From assembly GCA_964016885.1 (NCBI GenBank), contig OZ024742.1, forward strand, positions 307,396,001 to 307,460,000: DNA of 64,000 bases, read 5' to 3'. Source of the DNA: Eledone cirrhosa. Its lineage: Eukaryota. The notes beneath the pieces were generated by a model that worked only from the letters and a program-made list of their open reading frames with translations, ran no database searches and was not told the origin of the DNA. Positions 39,985 through 53,297 of the stretch are shown one piece after another. The translations under genes were made by a program, and so were the position numbers. Numbering within the stretch: position 1 is the stretch's first letter; each line of letters opens with the position of its first letter.

Positions 39985-42013
39985 TCCTACTCAGGAGATA
40001 TAACTAATCCAAAAACAGACTCAGTTTTTATCTATGTATGCTTCATATTGTCATGTTATGGTATTCTATGTTTCAATAAATGCCCAGGTTAATTTTTGAC
40101 TTTTGGAGTCGAGAAAGTAAAGTGCCAGTAACTCATTGGATCCATGTAACCACATCCCTTTCAATACATCGCCTTCTCACGAAACTACAATTAATGAACT
40201 ACAGAGAAAGCATGCAAGTCGAGGTTCATGCTGAAATCGACGATGATTCAGAACTCTTACCTAATGTTCTAAAACCTATTCCTTACCGCCAAAATAGTGG
40301 ATGATACATGCACTAGAGTCCGCAATCACAATTCGCACCCGGGAGACGGGATAATACAGCCTTCCGAGCAGATTTACATTAGCCATTCGAAACTAAGTTC
40401 TACACATCTGCAGTAAAGATTTCATGTAGGAAAATCGTATGGTTTACCATTTCTTCTGATAACAATCCAGGCAAATTATTGAAAACTCCTGTCTTTAACT
40501 TCAGCGTTCAAGTGGGAATTCTAGAGTTTGGTCTAGGTTACGATTAAGAAAGATAAGTGCCGCAAAATTTCAATGAATTTTGTGTAAACCGGAAGGATGG
40601 AAATCATAATAGTTTCGATTAGGATGAAATAATGTGTGAAGTTTGATCCTGTCAGTAGTCATAGCTTGAAAGAATGTTTGGAAATCGGAAGAATAAAAGT
40701 AGCAGACAACATCAGTCGGCTTTTAACTGACATTGCAGAAGAGGCGTATATTCTGTCAAAGATATTTTTTCTAATTTTCTGCAGATTTTCATTATTCTTT
40801 AGTCTTTATGACAATATATTAATTTCTTATGAGGCACAAGGCCAGCAATTTAAAGGGAGGTAAAATTGGGCTAAGTTGACACCATATTGGATTTAAAATA
40901 TATTCTATCGAATCCGTAATGATGAAAAGCAAAGTTGTCATTGGCAGGTGTTGAAACCAGAACTTAGAGATCCGTAACGAAATAATTGTTTCTACTATTG
41001 GCACAAGGCCAGCAATTACGCAGTACATTACTGCTACATTATTTTATCCACCCCGTAGGGATGAAAGGCAAAGTTAACCTCGGCGGTATTTGAACTCAGA
41101 ATGGCAAGAATTGTAACTCTATGCGTCAAAGCATGGCGTCCGACCCTCTACCGATACAGCCAATTCACCACCCTTAATAACGAAATAATGCAATATATTA
41201 CATCAGACGACCTTACCGAATTAGCTAGCTTCAGCATTCAGTATTGAGAAGAAAGGAGGTAGGTGTATAAGAGAAACTTGCTATCTTCAATTCAGTATTC
41301 GTGCCAAGCGTTACTTATGGTCATGTATGCTGGGTAATGATCGAAAGTATATGATCAAGAATACAAGGGCTCGAAATGGGATTCCTCCGAAGGATCTTTG
41401 GAGTAACGTTACTCGATAAAGTACGTAACTCGGAGATCAGAGTGTCACTCCAGATAGATCCTCTACATCTCATAACTGAGAGTACACAGTTCTGTTAATA
41501 TTGGCATGTGGTTAGAACTTCTGAGGAAAGAATCGCAGTGCAGATTTTTACAAGCAAAACTAATCGGCAGGTGACTCTGAAGTAGAGCCCGAGCAAGATG
41601 TTTGGATAACATAAATGAGCTTGGCTAGTCACGATTGGGGACCCTGCCGGCTCGGTAGGAATTGGTTGCTTGTAACAAGACACTCTGGAAGGTATGTTTG
41701 AATACTCTGCACCCAAGACTCTGTGAGGAATAGGCGAGCGAAGAAGGGGATTTACCTCCCTTATATTCCCCTTAAGCTGACAGCATGTGGTGAGTCTTTT
41801 TACTGAGATAATGTAATTAAAAGTAAAATATTTGTACAAACAAAACAATTTTGAACAGTACAAATTAAAATCAGAACAAAGTATATATTCTAATTGGTAT
41901 ATGTGTATAAAATGTCGTGACTAATTAAATATGTGAACAATATACTATAGATAGATCAGTGGATGTAGAATAGTAAAATATATATAAAAGGTGCGAAGTA
42001 AAGCGTTTCAGTT

Positions 42014-42203
42014 ATCGCTTCTCGGCCTTTTGGCTAAGATCAAAGTGTAGTATCTGTTCTTATCAGCTTAATATCTGATATGGTCCCTATATGGGACCAA
42101 CGATATTAAACTGATTTTTAGAACTTGGCGAAGAGTTAGGGGCTTGCTCCGCCTTTGCCACGGGTTGGCCTGGTATTGCAGTATATCCAGGATTTGGCCC
42201 ATC
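42014..42203 (+). ncRNA. RNU2: U2 snRNA copy 19 (variant T87A)
   Basis: Full U2 sequence with GGGACCAACG. Confidence 0.96.
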
Positions 42204-44232
42204 TCCTACTCGGGAGATATAACTAATCCAAAAACAGACTCAGTTTTTATCTATGTATGCTTCATATTGTCATGTTATGGTATTCTATGTTTCAATAACT
42301 GCCCAGGTTAATTTTTGACTTTCGGAGACGAGAAAGTAAAGTGCCAGTAACTCATTGGATCCATGTAACCACATCCCTTTCAATACATCGCCTTCTCACG
42401 AAACTACAATTAATGAACTACAGAGTAAGCAGGCAAGTCGAGGTTCATGCTGAAATCGACGATGATTCAGAACTCTTACCTAATGTTCTAAAACCTATTC
42501 CTTACCGCCAAAATAGTGGATGATACATGCACTAGAGTCCCCAATCACAATTCGCACCCGGGAGACGGGATAATACAGCCTTCCGAGCAGATTTACGTTA
42601 GCCATTCGAAACTAAGTTCTACACATCTGCAGTAAAGATTTCATGTAGGAAAATCGTATGGTTTACCATTTCTTCTGATAACAATCCAGGCAAATTATTG
42701 AAAACTCCTGTCTTTAACTTCAGCGTTCAAGTGGGAATTCTAGAGTTTGGTCTAGCTTACGATTAAGAAAGATAAGTGCCGCAAAATTTCAATGAATTTT
42801 GTGTAAACCGGAAGGATGGAAATCATAATAGTTTCGATTAGGATGAAATAATGTGTGAAGTTTGATCCTGTCAGTAGTCATAGCTTGAAAGAATGTTTGG
42901 AAATCGGAAGAATAAAAGTAGCAGACAACATCAGTCGGCTTTTACCTAATATTGCAGAAGAGGCGTATATTCTGTCAAAGATATTTTTTCTAATTTTCTG
43001 CAGATTTTCATTATTCTTTAGTCTTTATAACAATATATTAATTTCTTATGAGGCACAAGGCCAGCAATTTAAAGGGAGGTAAAATTGGGCTAAGTTGACA
43101 GCATATTGGATTTAAAATATATTCTATCGAATCCGTAATGATGAAAAGCAAAGTTGTCATTGGCAGGTATTGAAACCAGAACTTAGAGATCCATAACGAA
43201 ATAATTGTTTCTACTATTGGCACAAGGCCAGCAATTACGCAGTACATTACTGCTACATTATTTTATCCACCCCGTAGGGATGAAAGGCAAAGTTAACCTC
43301 GGCGGTATTTGAACTCAGAATGGCAAGAGTTGTAACTCTATGCGTCAAAGCATGGCGTCCGACCCTCTACCGATACAGCCAATTCACCACCCTTAATAAC
43401 GAAATAATGCAATATATTACATCAGACGACCTTACCGAATTAGCTAGCTTCAGCATTCAGTATTGAGAAGAAAGGAGGTAGGTGTATAAGAGAAACTTGC
43501 TATCTTCAATTCAGTATTCGCGCCAAGCGTTACTTATGGTCATGTATGCTGGGTAATGATCGAAAGTATACGATCAAGAATACAAGGGCTCGAAATGGGA
43601 TTCCTCCGAAGGATCTTTGGAGTAACGTTACTCGATAAAGTACGTAACTCGGAGATCAGAGTGTCACTCCAGATAGATCCTCTACATCTCATAACTGAGA
43701 GTACACAGTTCTGTTAATATTGGCATGTGAGTAGAACTTCTGAGGAAAGAATCGCAGTGCAGATTTTTACAAGCAAAACTAATCGGCAGGTGAATCTGAA
43801 GTAGAGCCCGAGCAAGATGTTTGGATAACATAAATGAGCTTGGCTAGTCACGATTGGGGACCCTGCCGGCTCAGTAGGAATTGGTTGCTTGTAACAAGAC
43901 ACTCTGGAAGGTATGTTTGAATACTCTGCACCCAAGACTCTGTGAGGAATAGGCGAGCGAAGAAGGGGATTTACCTCCCTTATATTCCCCTTAAGCTGAC
44001 AGCATGTGGTGAGTCTTTTTACTGAGATAATGTAATTAAAAGTAAAATATTTGTACAAACAAAACAATTTTGAACAGTACAAATTAAAATCAGAACAAAG
44101 TATATATTCTAATTGGTATATGTGTATAAAATGTCGTGACTAATTAAATAAGTGAACAATATACTATAGATAGATCAGTGGATGTAGAATAGTAAAATAT
44201 ATATAAAAGGTGCGAAGTAAAGCGTTTCAGTT

Positions 44233-44422
44233 ATCGCTTCTCGGCCTTTTGACTAAGATCAAAGTGTAGTATCTGTTCTTATCAGCTTAATATCTGATAT
44301 GGTCCCTATATGGGACCATCGATATTAAACTGATTTTTAGAACTTGGCGAAGAGTTAGGGGCTTCCTCCGCCTTTGCCACGGGGTGGCCTGGTATTGCAG
44401 TATATCCAGGATTTGGCCCATC
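44233..44422 (+). ncRNA. RNU2: U2 snRNA copy 20 (variant G20A, G133C, T152G; likely impaired)
   Basis: Full-length U2 with TTTTGACTAAG, GCTTCCTCC and GGGGTGGCC. Confidence 0.93.
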
Positions 44423-46450
44423 TCCTACTCGGGAGATATAACTAATCCAAAAACAGACTCAGTTTTTATCTATGTATGCTTCATATTGTCATGTTATGGT
44501 ATTCTATGTTTCAATAACTGCTTAGGTTAATTTTTGACTTTCGGAGTCGAGAAAGTAAAGTGCCAGTAACTCATTGGATCCATGTAACCACATCCCTTTC
44601 AATACATCGCCTTCTCACGAAACTACAATTAATGAACTACAGAGAAAGCATGCAAGTCGAGGTTCATGTTGAAATCGACGATGATTCAGAACTCTTACCT
44701 AATGTTCTAAAACCTATTCCTTACCGCCAAAATAGTGGATGATACATGCACTAGAGCCGCAATCACAATTTGCACCCGGGAGACGGGATAATACAGCCTT
44801 CCGAGCAGATTTACATTAGCCATTCGAAACTAAGTTCTACACATCTGCAGTAAAGATTTCATGTAGGAAAATCGTATGGTTTACCATTTCTTCTGATAAC
44901 AATCCAGGCAAATTATTGAAAAATCCTGTCTTTAACTTCAGCGTTCAAGTGGGAATTCTAGAGTTTGGTCTAGGTTACGATTAAGAAAGATAAGTGCCGC
45001 AAAATTTCAATGAATTTTGTATAAACCGGAAGGATGGAAATCATAATAGTTTCGATTAGGATGAAATAATGTGTGAAGTTTGATCCTGTCAGTAGTCATA
45101 GCTTGAAAGAATGTTTGGAAATCGGAAGAATAAAAGTAGCAGACAACATCAGGCGGCTTTTAACTGACATTGCAGAAGAGGCGTATATTCTGTCAAAGAT
45201 ATTTTTTCTAATTTTCTGCAGATTTTCATTATTCTTTAGTCTTTATGACAATATATTAATTTCTTATGAGGCACAAGGCCAGCAATTTAAGGGGAGGTAG
45301 AATTGGGCTAAGTTGACAGCATATTGGATTTAAAATATATTCTATCGAATCCGTAATGATGAAAAGCAAAGTTGTCATTGGCAGGTGTTGAAACCAGAAC
45401 GTAGAGATCCATAACGAAATAATTGTTTCTACTATTGGCACAAGGCCAGAAATTACGCAGTACATTACTGCTACATTATTTTATCCACCCCGTAGGGATG
45501 AAAGGCAAAGTTAACCTCGGCGGTATTTGAACTCAGAATGGCAAGAGTTGTAACTCTATGCGTCAAAGCATGGCGTCCGACCCTCTACCGATACAGCCAA
45601 TTCACCACCCTTAATAACGAAATAATGCAATATATTACATCAGACGACCTTACCGAATTAGCTAGCTTCAGCATTCAGTATTGAGAAGAAAGGAGGTAGG
45701 TGTATAAGAGAAACTTGCTATGTTCAATTCAGTATTCGTGCCAAGCGTTACTTATGGTCATGTATGCTGGGTAATGATCGAAAGTATATGATCAAGAATA
45801 CAAGGGCTCGAAATGGGATTCCTCCGAAGGATCTTTGGAGTAACGTTACTCGATAAAGTACGTAACTCGGAGATCAGAGTGTCACTCCAGATAGGTCCTC
45901 TACATCTCATAACTGAGAGTACACAGTTCTGTTAATATTGGCATGTGATTAGAACTTCTGAGGAAAGAATCGCAGTGCAGATTTTTACAAGCAAAACTAA
46001 TCGGCAGGTGACTCTGAAGTAGAGCCCGAGCAAGATGTTTGGATAACATAAATGAGCTTGGCTAGTCACGATTGGGGACCCTGCCGGCTCAGTAGGAATT
46101 GGTTGCTTGTAACAAGACACTCTGGAAGGTATGTTTGAATACTCTGCACCCAAGACTCTGTGAGGAATAGGCCAGCGAAGAAGGGGATTTACCTCCCTTA
46201 TATTCCCCTTAAGCTGACAGCATGTGGTGAGTCTTTTTACTGAGATAATGTAATTAAAAGTAAAATATTTGTACAAACAAAACAATTTTGAACAGTACAA
46301 ATTAAAATCAGAACAAAGTATATATTCTAATTGGTATATGTGTATAAAATGTCGTGACTAATTAAATATGTGAACAATATACTATAGATAGATCAGTGGA
46401 TGTAGAATAGTAAAATATATATAAAAGGTGCGAAGTAAAGCGTTTCAGTT

Positions 46451-46640
46451 ATTGCTTCTCGGCCTTTTGGCTAAGATCAAAGTGTAGTATCTGTTCTTAT
46501 CAGCTTAATATCTGATATGGTCCCTATATGGGACCATCGATATTAAACTGATTTTTAGAACTTGGCGAAGAGTTAGGGGCTTGCTCCGCCTTTGCCACGG
46601 GTTGGCCTCGTATTGCAGTATATCCAGGATTTGGCCCATC
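46451..46640 (+). ncRNA. RNU2: U2 snRNA copy 21 (variant C3T, G159C)
   Basis: Starts ATTGCTTCTC and has CCTCGTA in stem IV. Confidence 0.95.
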
Positions 46641-48669
46641 TCCTACTCGGGAGATATAACTAATCCAAAAACAGACTCAGTTTTTATCTATGTATGCTTC
46701 ATATTGTCATGTTATGGTATTCTATGTTTCAATAACTGCTCAGGTTAATTTTTGACTTTCGGAGTCGAGAAAGTAAAGTGCCAGTAACTCATTGGATCCA
46801 TGTAACAACATCCCTTTCAATACATCGCCTTCTCACGAAACTACAATTAATGAACTACAGAGAAAGCATGCAAGTCGAGGTTCATGTTGAAATCGACGAT
46901 GATTCAGAACTCTTACCTAATGTTCTAAAACCTATTCCTTACCGCCAAAATAGTGGATGATACATGCACTAGAGTCCGCAATCACAATTTGCACCCGGGA
47001 GACGGGATAATACAGCCTTCCGAGCAGATTTACATTAGCCATTCGAAACTAAGTTCTACACATCTGCAGTAAAGATTTCATGTAGGAAAATCGTATGGTT
47101 TACCATTTCTTCTGAGAAAAGTCCAGGCAAATTATTGAAAAATCCTGTCTTTAACTTCAGCGTTCAAGTGGGAATTCTAGAGTTTGGTCTAGGTTACGAT
47201 TAGGAAAGATAAGTGCCGCAAAATTTCAATGAATTTTGTGTAAACCGGAAGGATGGAAATCATAATAGTTTCGATTAGGATGAAATAATGTGTGAAGTTT
47301 GATCCTGTCAGTAGTCATAGCTTGAAAGAATGTTTGGAAATCGGAAGAATAAAAGTAGCAGACAACATCAGTGGGCTTTTAGCTGACATTGCAGAAGAGG
47401 CGTATATTCTGTCAAAGATATTTTTTCTGATTTTCTGCAGATTTTCATTATTCTTTAGTCTTTATGACAATATATTAATTTTTTATGAGGCACAAGGCCA
47501 GCAATTTAAAGGGAGGTAAAATTGGGCTAAGTTGACACCATATTGGATTTAAAATATATTCTATCGAATCCGTAATGATGAAAAGCAAAGTTGTCATTGG
47601 CAGGTGTTGAAACCAGAACGTAGAGATCCATAACGAAATAATTGTTTCTACTATTGGCACAAGGCCAGCAATTACGCAGTACATTACTGCTACATTATTT
47701 TATCCACCCCGTAGGGATGAAAGGCAAAATTAACCTCGGCGGTATTTGAACTCAGAATGGCAAGAATTGTAACTCTATGCGTCAAAGCATGGCGTCCGAC
47801 CCTCTACCGATACAGCCAATTCACCACCCTTAATAACGAAATAATGCAATATATTACATCAGAAGACCTTACCGAATTAGCTAGCTTCAGCATTCAGTAT
47901 TGAGAAGAAAGGAGGTAGGTGTATAAGAGAAACTTGCTATCTTCAATTCAGTATTCGTGCCAAGCGTTACTTATGGTCATGTATGCTGGGTAATGATCGA
48001 AAGTATATGATCAAGAATACAAGGGCTCGAAATGGGATTCCTCCGAAGGATCTTTGGAGTAACGTTACTCGATAAAGTACGTAACTCGGAGATCAGAGTG
48101 TCACTCCAGATAGATCCTCTACATCTCATAACTGAGAGTACACAGTTCTGTTAATATTGGCATGTGGTTAGAACTTCTGAGGAAAGAATCGCAGTGCAGA
48201 TTTTTACAAGCAAAACTAATCGGCAGGTGACTCTGAAGTAGAGCCCGAGCAAGATGTTTGGATAACATAAATGAGCTTGGCTAGTCACGATTGGGGATCC
48301 TGCCGGCTCAGTAGGAATTGGTTGCTTGTAACAAGACACTCTGGAAGGTATGTTTGAATACTCTGCACCCAAGACTCTGTGAGGAATAGGCGAGCGAAGA
48401 AAAGGATTTACCTCCCTTATATTCCCCTTAAGCTGACAGCATGTGGTGAGTCTTTTTACTGAGATAATGTAATTAAAAGTAAATTATTTGTACAAACAAA
48501 ACAATTTTGAACAGTACAAATTAAAATCAGAACAAAGTATATATTCTAATTGGTATATGTGTATAAAATGTCGTGACTAATTAAATATGTGAACAATATA
48601 CTATAGATAGATCAGTGGATGTAGAATAGTAAAATATATATAAAAGGTGCGAAGTAAAGCGTTTCAGTT

Positions 48670-48859
48670 ATCGCTTCTCGGCCTTTTGGCTAAGATCAAA
48701 GTGTAGTATCTGTTCTTATCAGCTTAATATCTGATATGGTACCTATATGGGACCATCGATATTAAACTGATTTTTAGAACTTGGCGAAGAGTTAGGGGCT
48801 TGCTCCGCCTTTGCCACGGGTTGGCCTGGTATTGCAGTATATCCAGGATTTGGCCCATC
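48670..48859 (+). ncRNA. RNU2: U2 snRNA copy 22 (variant C72A in stem IIb)
   Basis: Full U2 sequence with ATGGTACCTATATGGGACC. Confidence 0.96.
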
Positions 48860-50888
48860 TCCTACTCAGGAGATATAACTAATCCAAAAACAGACTCAGT
48901 TTTTATCTATGTATGCTTCATATTGTCATGTTATGGTATTCTATGTTTCAATAACTGCCCAGGTTAATTTTTGACTTTCGGAGACGAGAAAGTAAAGTGC
49001 CAGTAACTCATTGGATCCATGTAACCACATCCCTTTCAATACATCGCCTTCTCACGAAACTACAATTAATGAACTACAGAGTAAGCAGGCAAGTCGAGGT
49101 TCATGCTGAAATCGACGATGATTCAGAACTCTTACCTAATGTTCTAAAACCTATTCCTTACCGCCAAAATAGTGGATGATACATGCACTAGAGTCCGCAA
49201 TCACAATTCGCACCCGGGAGACGGGATAATACAGCCTTCCGAGCAGATTTACGTTAGCCATTCGAAACCAAGTTCTACACATCTGCAGTAAAAATTTCAT
49301 GTAGGAAAATCCTATGGTTTACCATTTCTTCTGATAAAAATCCAGGCAAATTATTGAAAAATCCTGTCTTTAACTTCAGCGTTCAAGTGGGAATTCTAGA
49401 GTTTGGTCTAGCTTACGATTAAGAAAGATAAATGCCGCAAAATTTCAATGAATTTTGTATAAACCGGAAGGATGGAAATCATAATAGTTTCGATTAGGAT
49501 GAAATAATGTGTGAAGTTTGATCCTGTCAGTAGTCATAGCTTGAAAGAATGTTTGGAAATCGGAAGAATAAAAGTAGCAGACAACATCAGTCGGCTTTTA
49601 ACTGACATTGCAGAAGAGGCGTATATTCTGTCAAAGATATTTTTTCTGATTTTCTGCAGATTTTCATTATTCTTTAGTCTTTATGACAATATATTAATTT
49701 TTTATGATGCACAAGGCCAGCAATTTAAAGGGAGGTAAAATTGGGCTAAGTTGACACCATATTGGATTTAAAATATATTCTATCGAATCCGTAATGATGA
49801 AAAGCAAAGTTGTCATTGGCAGGTGTTGAAACCAGAACGTAGAGATCCATAACGAAATAATTGTTTCTACTATTGGCACAAGGCCAGCAATTACGCAGTA
49901 CATTACTGCTACATTATTTTATCCACCCCGTAGGGATGAAAGGCAAAGTTAACCTCGGCGGTATTTGAACTCAGAATGGCAAGAGTTGTAACTCTATGCG
50001 TCAAAGCATGGCGTCCGACCCTCTACCGATACAGCCAATTCACCACCCTTAATAACGAAATAATGCAATATATTACATCAGACGACCTTACCGAATTAGC
50101 TAGCTTCAGCATTCAGTATTGAGAAGAAAGGAGGTAGGTGTATAAGAGAAACTTGCTATCTTCAATTCAGTATTCGTGCCAAGCGTTACTTATGGTCATG
50201 TATGCTGGGTAATGATCGAAAGTATATGATCAAGAATACAAGGGCTCGAAATGGGATTCCTCCGAAGGATCTTTGGAGTAACGTTACTCGATAAAGTACG
50301 TAACTCGGAGATCAGAGTGTCACTCCAGATAGATCCTCTACATCTCATAACTGAGAGTACACAGTTCTGTTAATATTGGCATGTGGTTAGAACTTCTGAG
50401 GAAAGAATCGCAGTGCAGATTTTTACAAGCAAAACTAATCGGCAGGTGACTCTGAAGTAGAGCCCGAGCAAGATGTTTGGATAACATAAATGAGCTTGGC
50501 TAGTCACGATTGGGGACCCTGCCGGCTCAGTAGGAATTGGTTGCTTGTAACAAGACACTCTGGAAGGTATGTTTGAATACTCTGCACCCAAGACTCTGTG
50601 AGGAATAGGCGAGCGAAGAAGGGGATTTACCTCCCTTATATTCCCCTTAAGCTGACAGCATGTGGTGAGTCTTTTTACTGAGATAATTTAATTAAAAGTA
50701 AAATATTTGTACAAACAAAACAATTTTGAACAGTACAAATTAAAATCAGAACAAAGTATATATTCTAATTGGTATATGTGTATAAAATGTCGTGACTAAT
50801 TAAATATGTGAACAATATACTATAGATAGATCAGTGGATGTAGAATAGTAAAATATATATAAAAGGTGCGAAGTAAAGCCTTTCAGTT

Positions 50889-51078
50889 ATCGCTTCTCGG
50901 CCTTTTGGCTAAGATCAAAGTGTAGTATCTGTTCTTATCAGCTTAATATCTGATATGGTCCCTATATGGGACCATCGATATTAAACTGATTTTTAGAACT
51001 TGGCGAAGAGTTAGGGGCTTGCTCCGCCTTTGCCACGGGTTGGCCTGGTATTGCAGTATATCCAGGATTTGGCCCATC
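50889..51078 (+). ncRNA. RNU2: U2 snRNA copy 23 (consensus)
   Basis: Full U2 sequence matching the array consensus. Confidence 0.98.
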
Positions 51079-53107
51079 TCCTACTCGGGAGATATAACTA
51101 ATCCAAAAGCAGACTCAGTTTTTATCTATGTATGCTTCATATTGTCATGTTATGGTATTCTATGTTTCAATAACTGCCCAGGTTAATTTTTGACTTTCGG
51201 AGTCGAGAAAGTAAAGTGCCAGTAACTCATTGGATCCATGTAACCACATCCCTTTCAATACATCGCCTTCTCACGAAACTACAATTAATGAACTACAGAG
51301 AAAGCATGCAAGTCGAGGTTCATGCTGAAATCGACGATGATTCAGAACTCTTACCTAATGTTCTAAAACCTATTCCTTACCGCCAAAATAGTGGATGATA
51401 CATGCACTAGAGTCCGCAATCACAATTCGCACCCGGGAGACGGGATAATACAGCCTTCCGAGCAGATTTACATTAGCCATTCGAAACTAAGTTCTACACA
51501 TCTGCAGTAAAGATTTCATGTAGGAAAATCGTATGGTTTACCATTTCTTCTGATAACAATCCAGGCAAATTATTGAAAACTCCTGTCTTTAACTTCAGCG
51601 TTCAAGTGGGAATTTTAGAGTTTGGTCTAGCTTACGATTAAGAAAGATAAGTGCCGCAAAATTTCAATGAATTTTGTGTAAACCGGAAGGATGGAAATCA
51701 TAATAGTTTCGATTAGGATGAAATAATGTGTGAAGTTTGATCCTGTCAGTAGTCATAGCTTGAAAGAATGTTTGGAAATCGGAAGAATAAAAGTAGCAGA
51801 CAACATCAGTCGGCTTTTAACTAATATTGCAGAAGAGGCGTATATTCTGTCAAAGATATTTTTTCTAATTTTCTGCAGATTTTCATTATTCTTTAGTCTT
51901 TATAACAATATATTAATTTCTTATGAGGCACAAGGCCAGCAATTTAAAGGGAGGTAAAATTGGGCTAAGTTGACAGCATATTGGATTTAAAATATATTCT
52001 ATCGAATCCGTAATGATGAAAAGCAAAGTTGTCATTGGCAGGTGTTGAAACCAGAACTTAGAGATCCATAACGAAATAATTGTTTCTACTATTGGCACAA
52101 GGACAGCAATTACGCAGTACATTACTGCTACATTATTTTATCCACCCCGTAGGGATGAAAGGCAAAGTTAACCTCGGCGGGATTTGAACTCAGAATGGCA
52201 AGAGCCGTAACTCTATGCGTCAAAGCATGGCGTCCGACCCTCTACCGATACAGCCAATTCACAACCCTTAATAACGAAATAATGCAATATATTACATCAG
52301 ACGACCTTACCGAATTAGCTAGCTTCAGCATTCAGTATTGAGAAGAAAGGAGGTAGGTGTATAAGAGAAACTTGCTATCTTCAATTCAGTATTCGTGCCA
52401 AGCGTTACTTATGGTCATGTATGCTGGGTAATGATCGAAAGTATACGATCAAGAATACAAGGGCTCGAAATGGGATTCCTCCGAAGGATCTTTGGAGTAA
52501 CGTTACTCGATAAAGTACGTAACTCGGAGATCAGAGTGTCACTCCAGATAGATCCTCTACATCTCATAACTGAGAGTACACAGTTCTGTTAATATTGGCA
52601 TGTGGTTAGAACTTCTGAGGAAAGAATCGCAGTGCAGATTTTTACAAGCAAAACTAATCGGCAGGTGACTCTGAAGTAGAGCCCGAGCAAGATGTTTGGA
52701 TAACATAAATGAGCTTGGCTAGTCACGATTGGGGACCCTGCCGGCTCAGTAGGAATTGGTTGCTTGTAACAAGACACTCTGGAAGGTATGTTTGAATACT
52801 CTGCACCCAAGACTCTGTGAGGAATAGGCGAGCGAAGAAGGGGATTTACCTCCCTTATATTCCCCTTAAGCTGACAGCATGTGGTGAGTCTTTTTACTGA
52901 GATAATTTAATTAAAAGTAAAATATTTGTACAAACAAAACAATTTTGAACAGTACAAATTAAAATCAGAACAAAGTATATATTCTAATTGGTATATGTGT
53001 ATAAAATGTCGTGACTAATTAAATATGTGAACAATATACTATAGATAGATCAGTGGATGTAGAATAGTAAAATATATATAAAAGGTGCGAAGTAAAGCGT
53101 TTCAGTT

Positions 53108-53297
53108 ATCGCTTCTCGGCCTTTTGGCTAAGATCAAAGTGTAGTATCTGTTCTTATCAGCTTAATATCTGATATGGTCCCTATATGGGACCATCGATAT
53201 TAAACTGATTTTTAGAACTTGGCGAAGAGTTAGGGGCTTGCTCAGCCTTTGCCACGGGTTGGCCTGGTATTGCAGTATATCCAGGATTTGGCCCATC
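53108..53297 (+). ncRNA. RNU2: U2 snRNA copy 24 (variant C137A in stem III)
   Basis: Full U2 sequence with GCTTGCTCAGCC. Confidence 0.96.
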
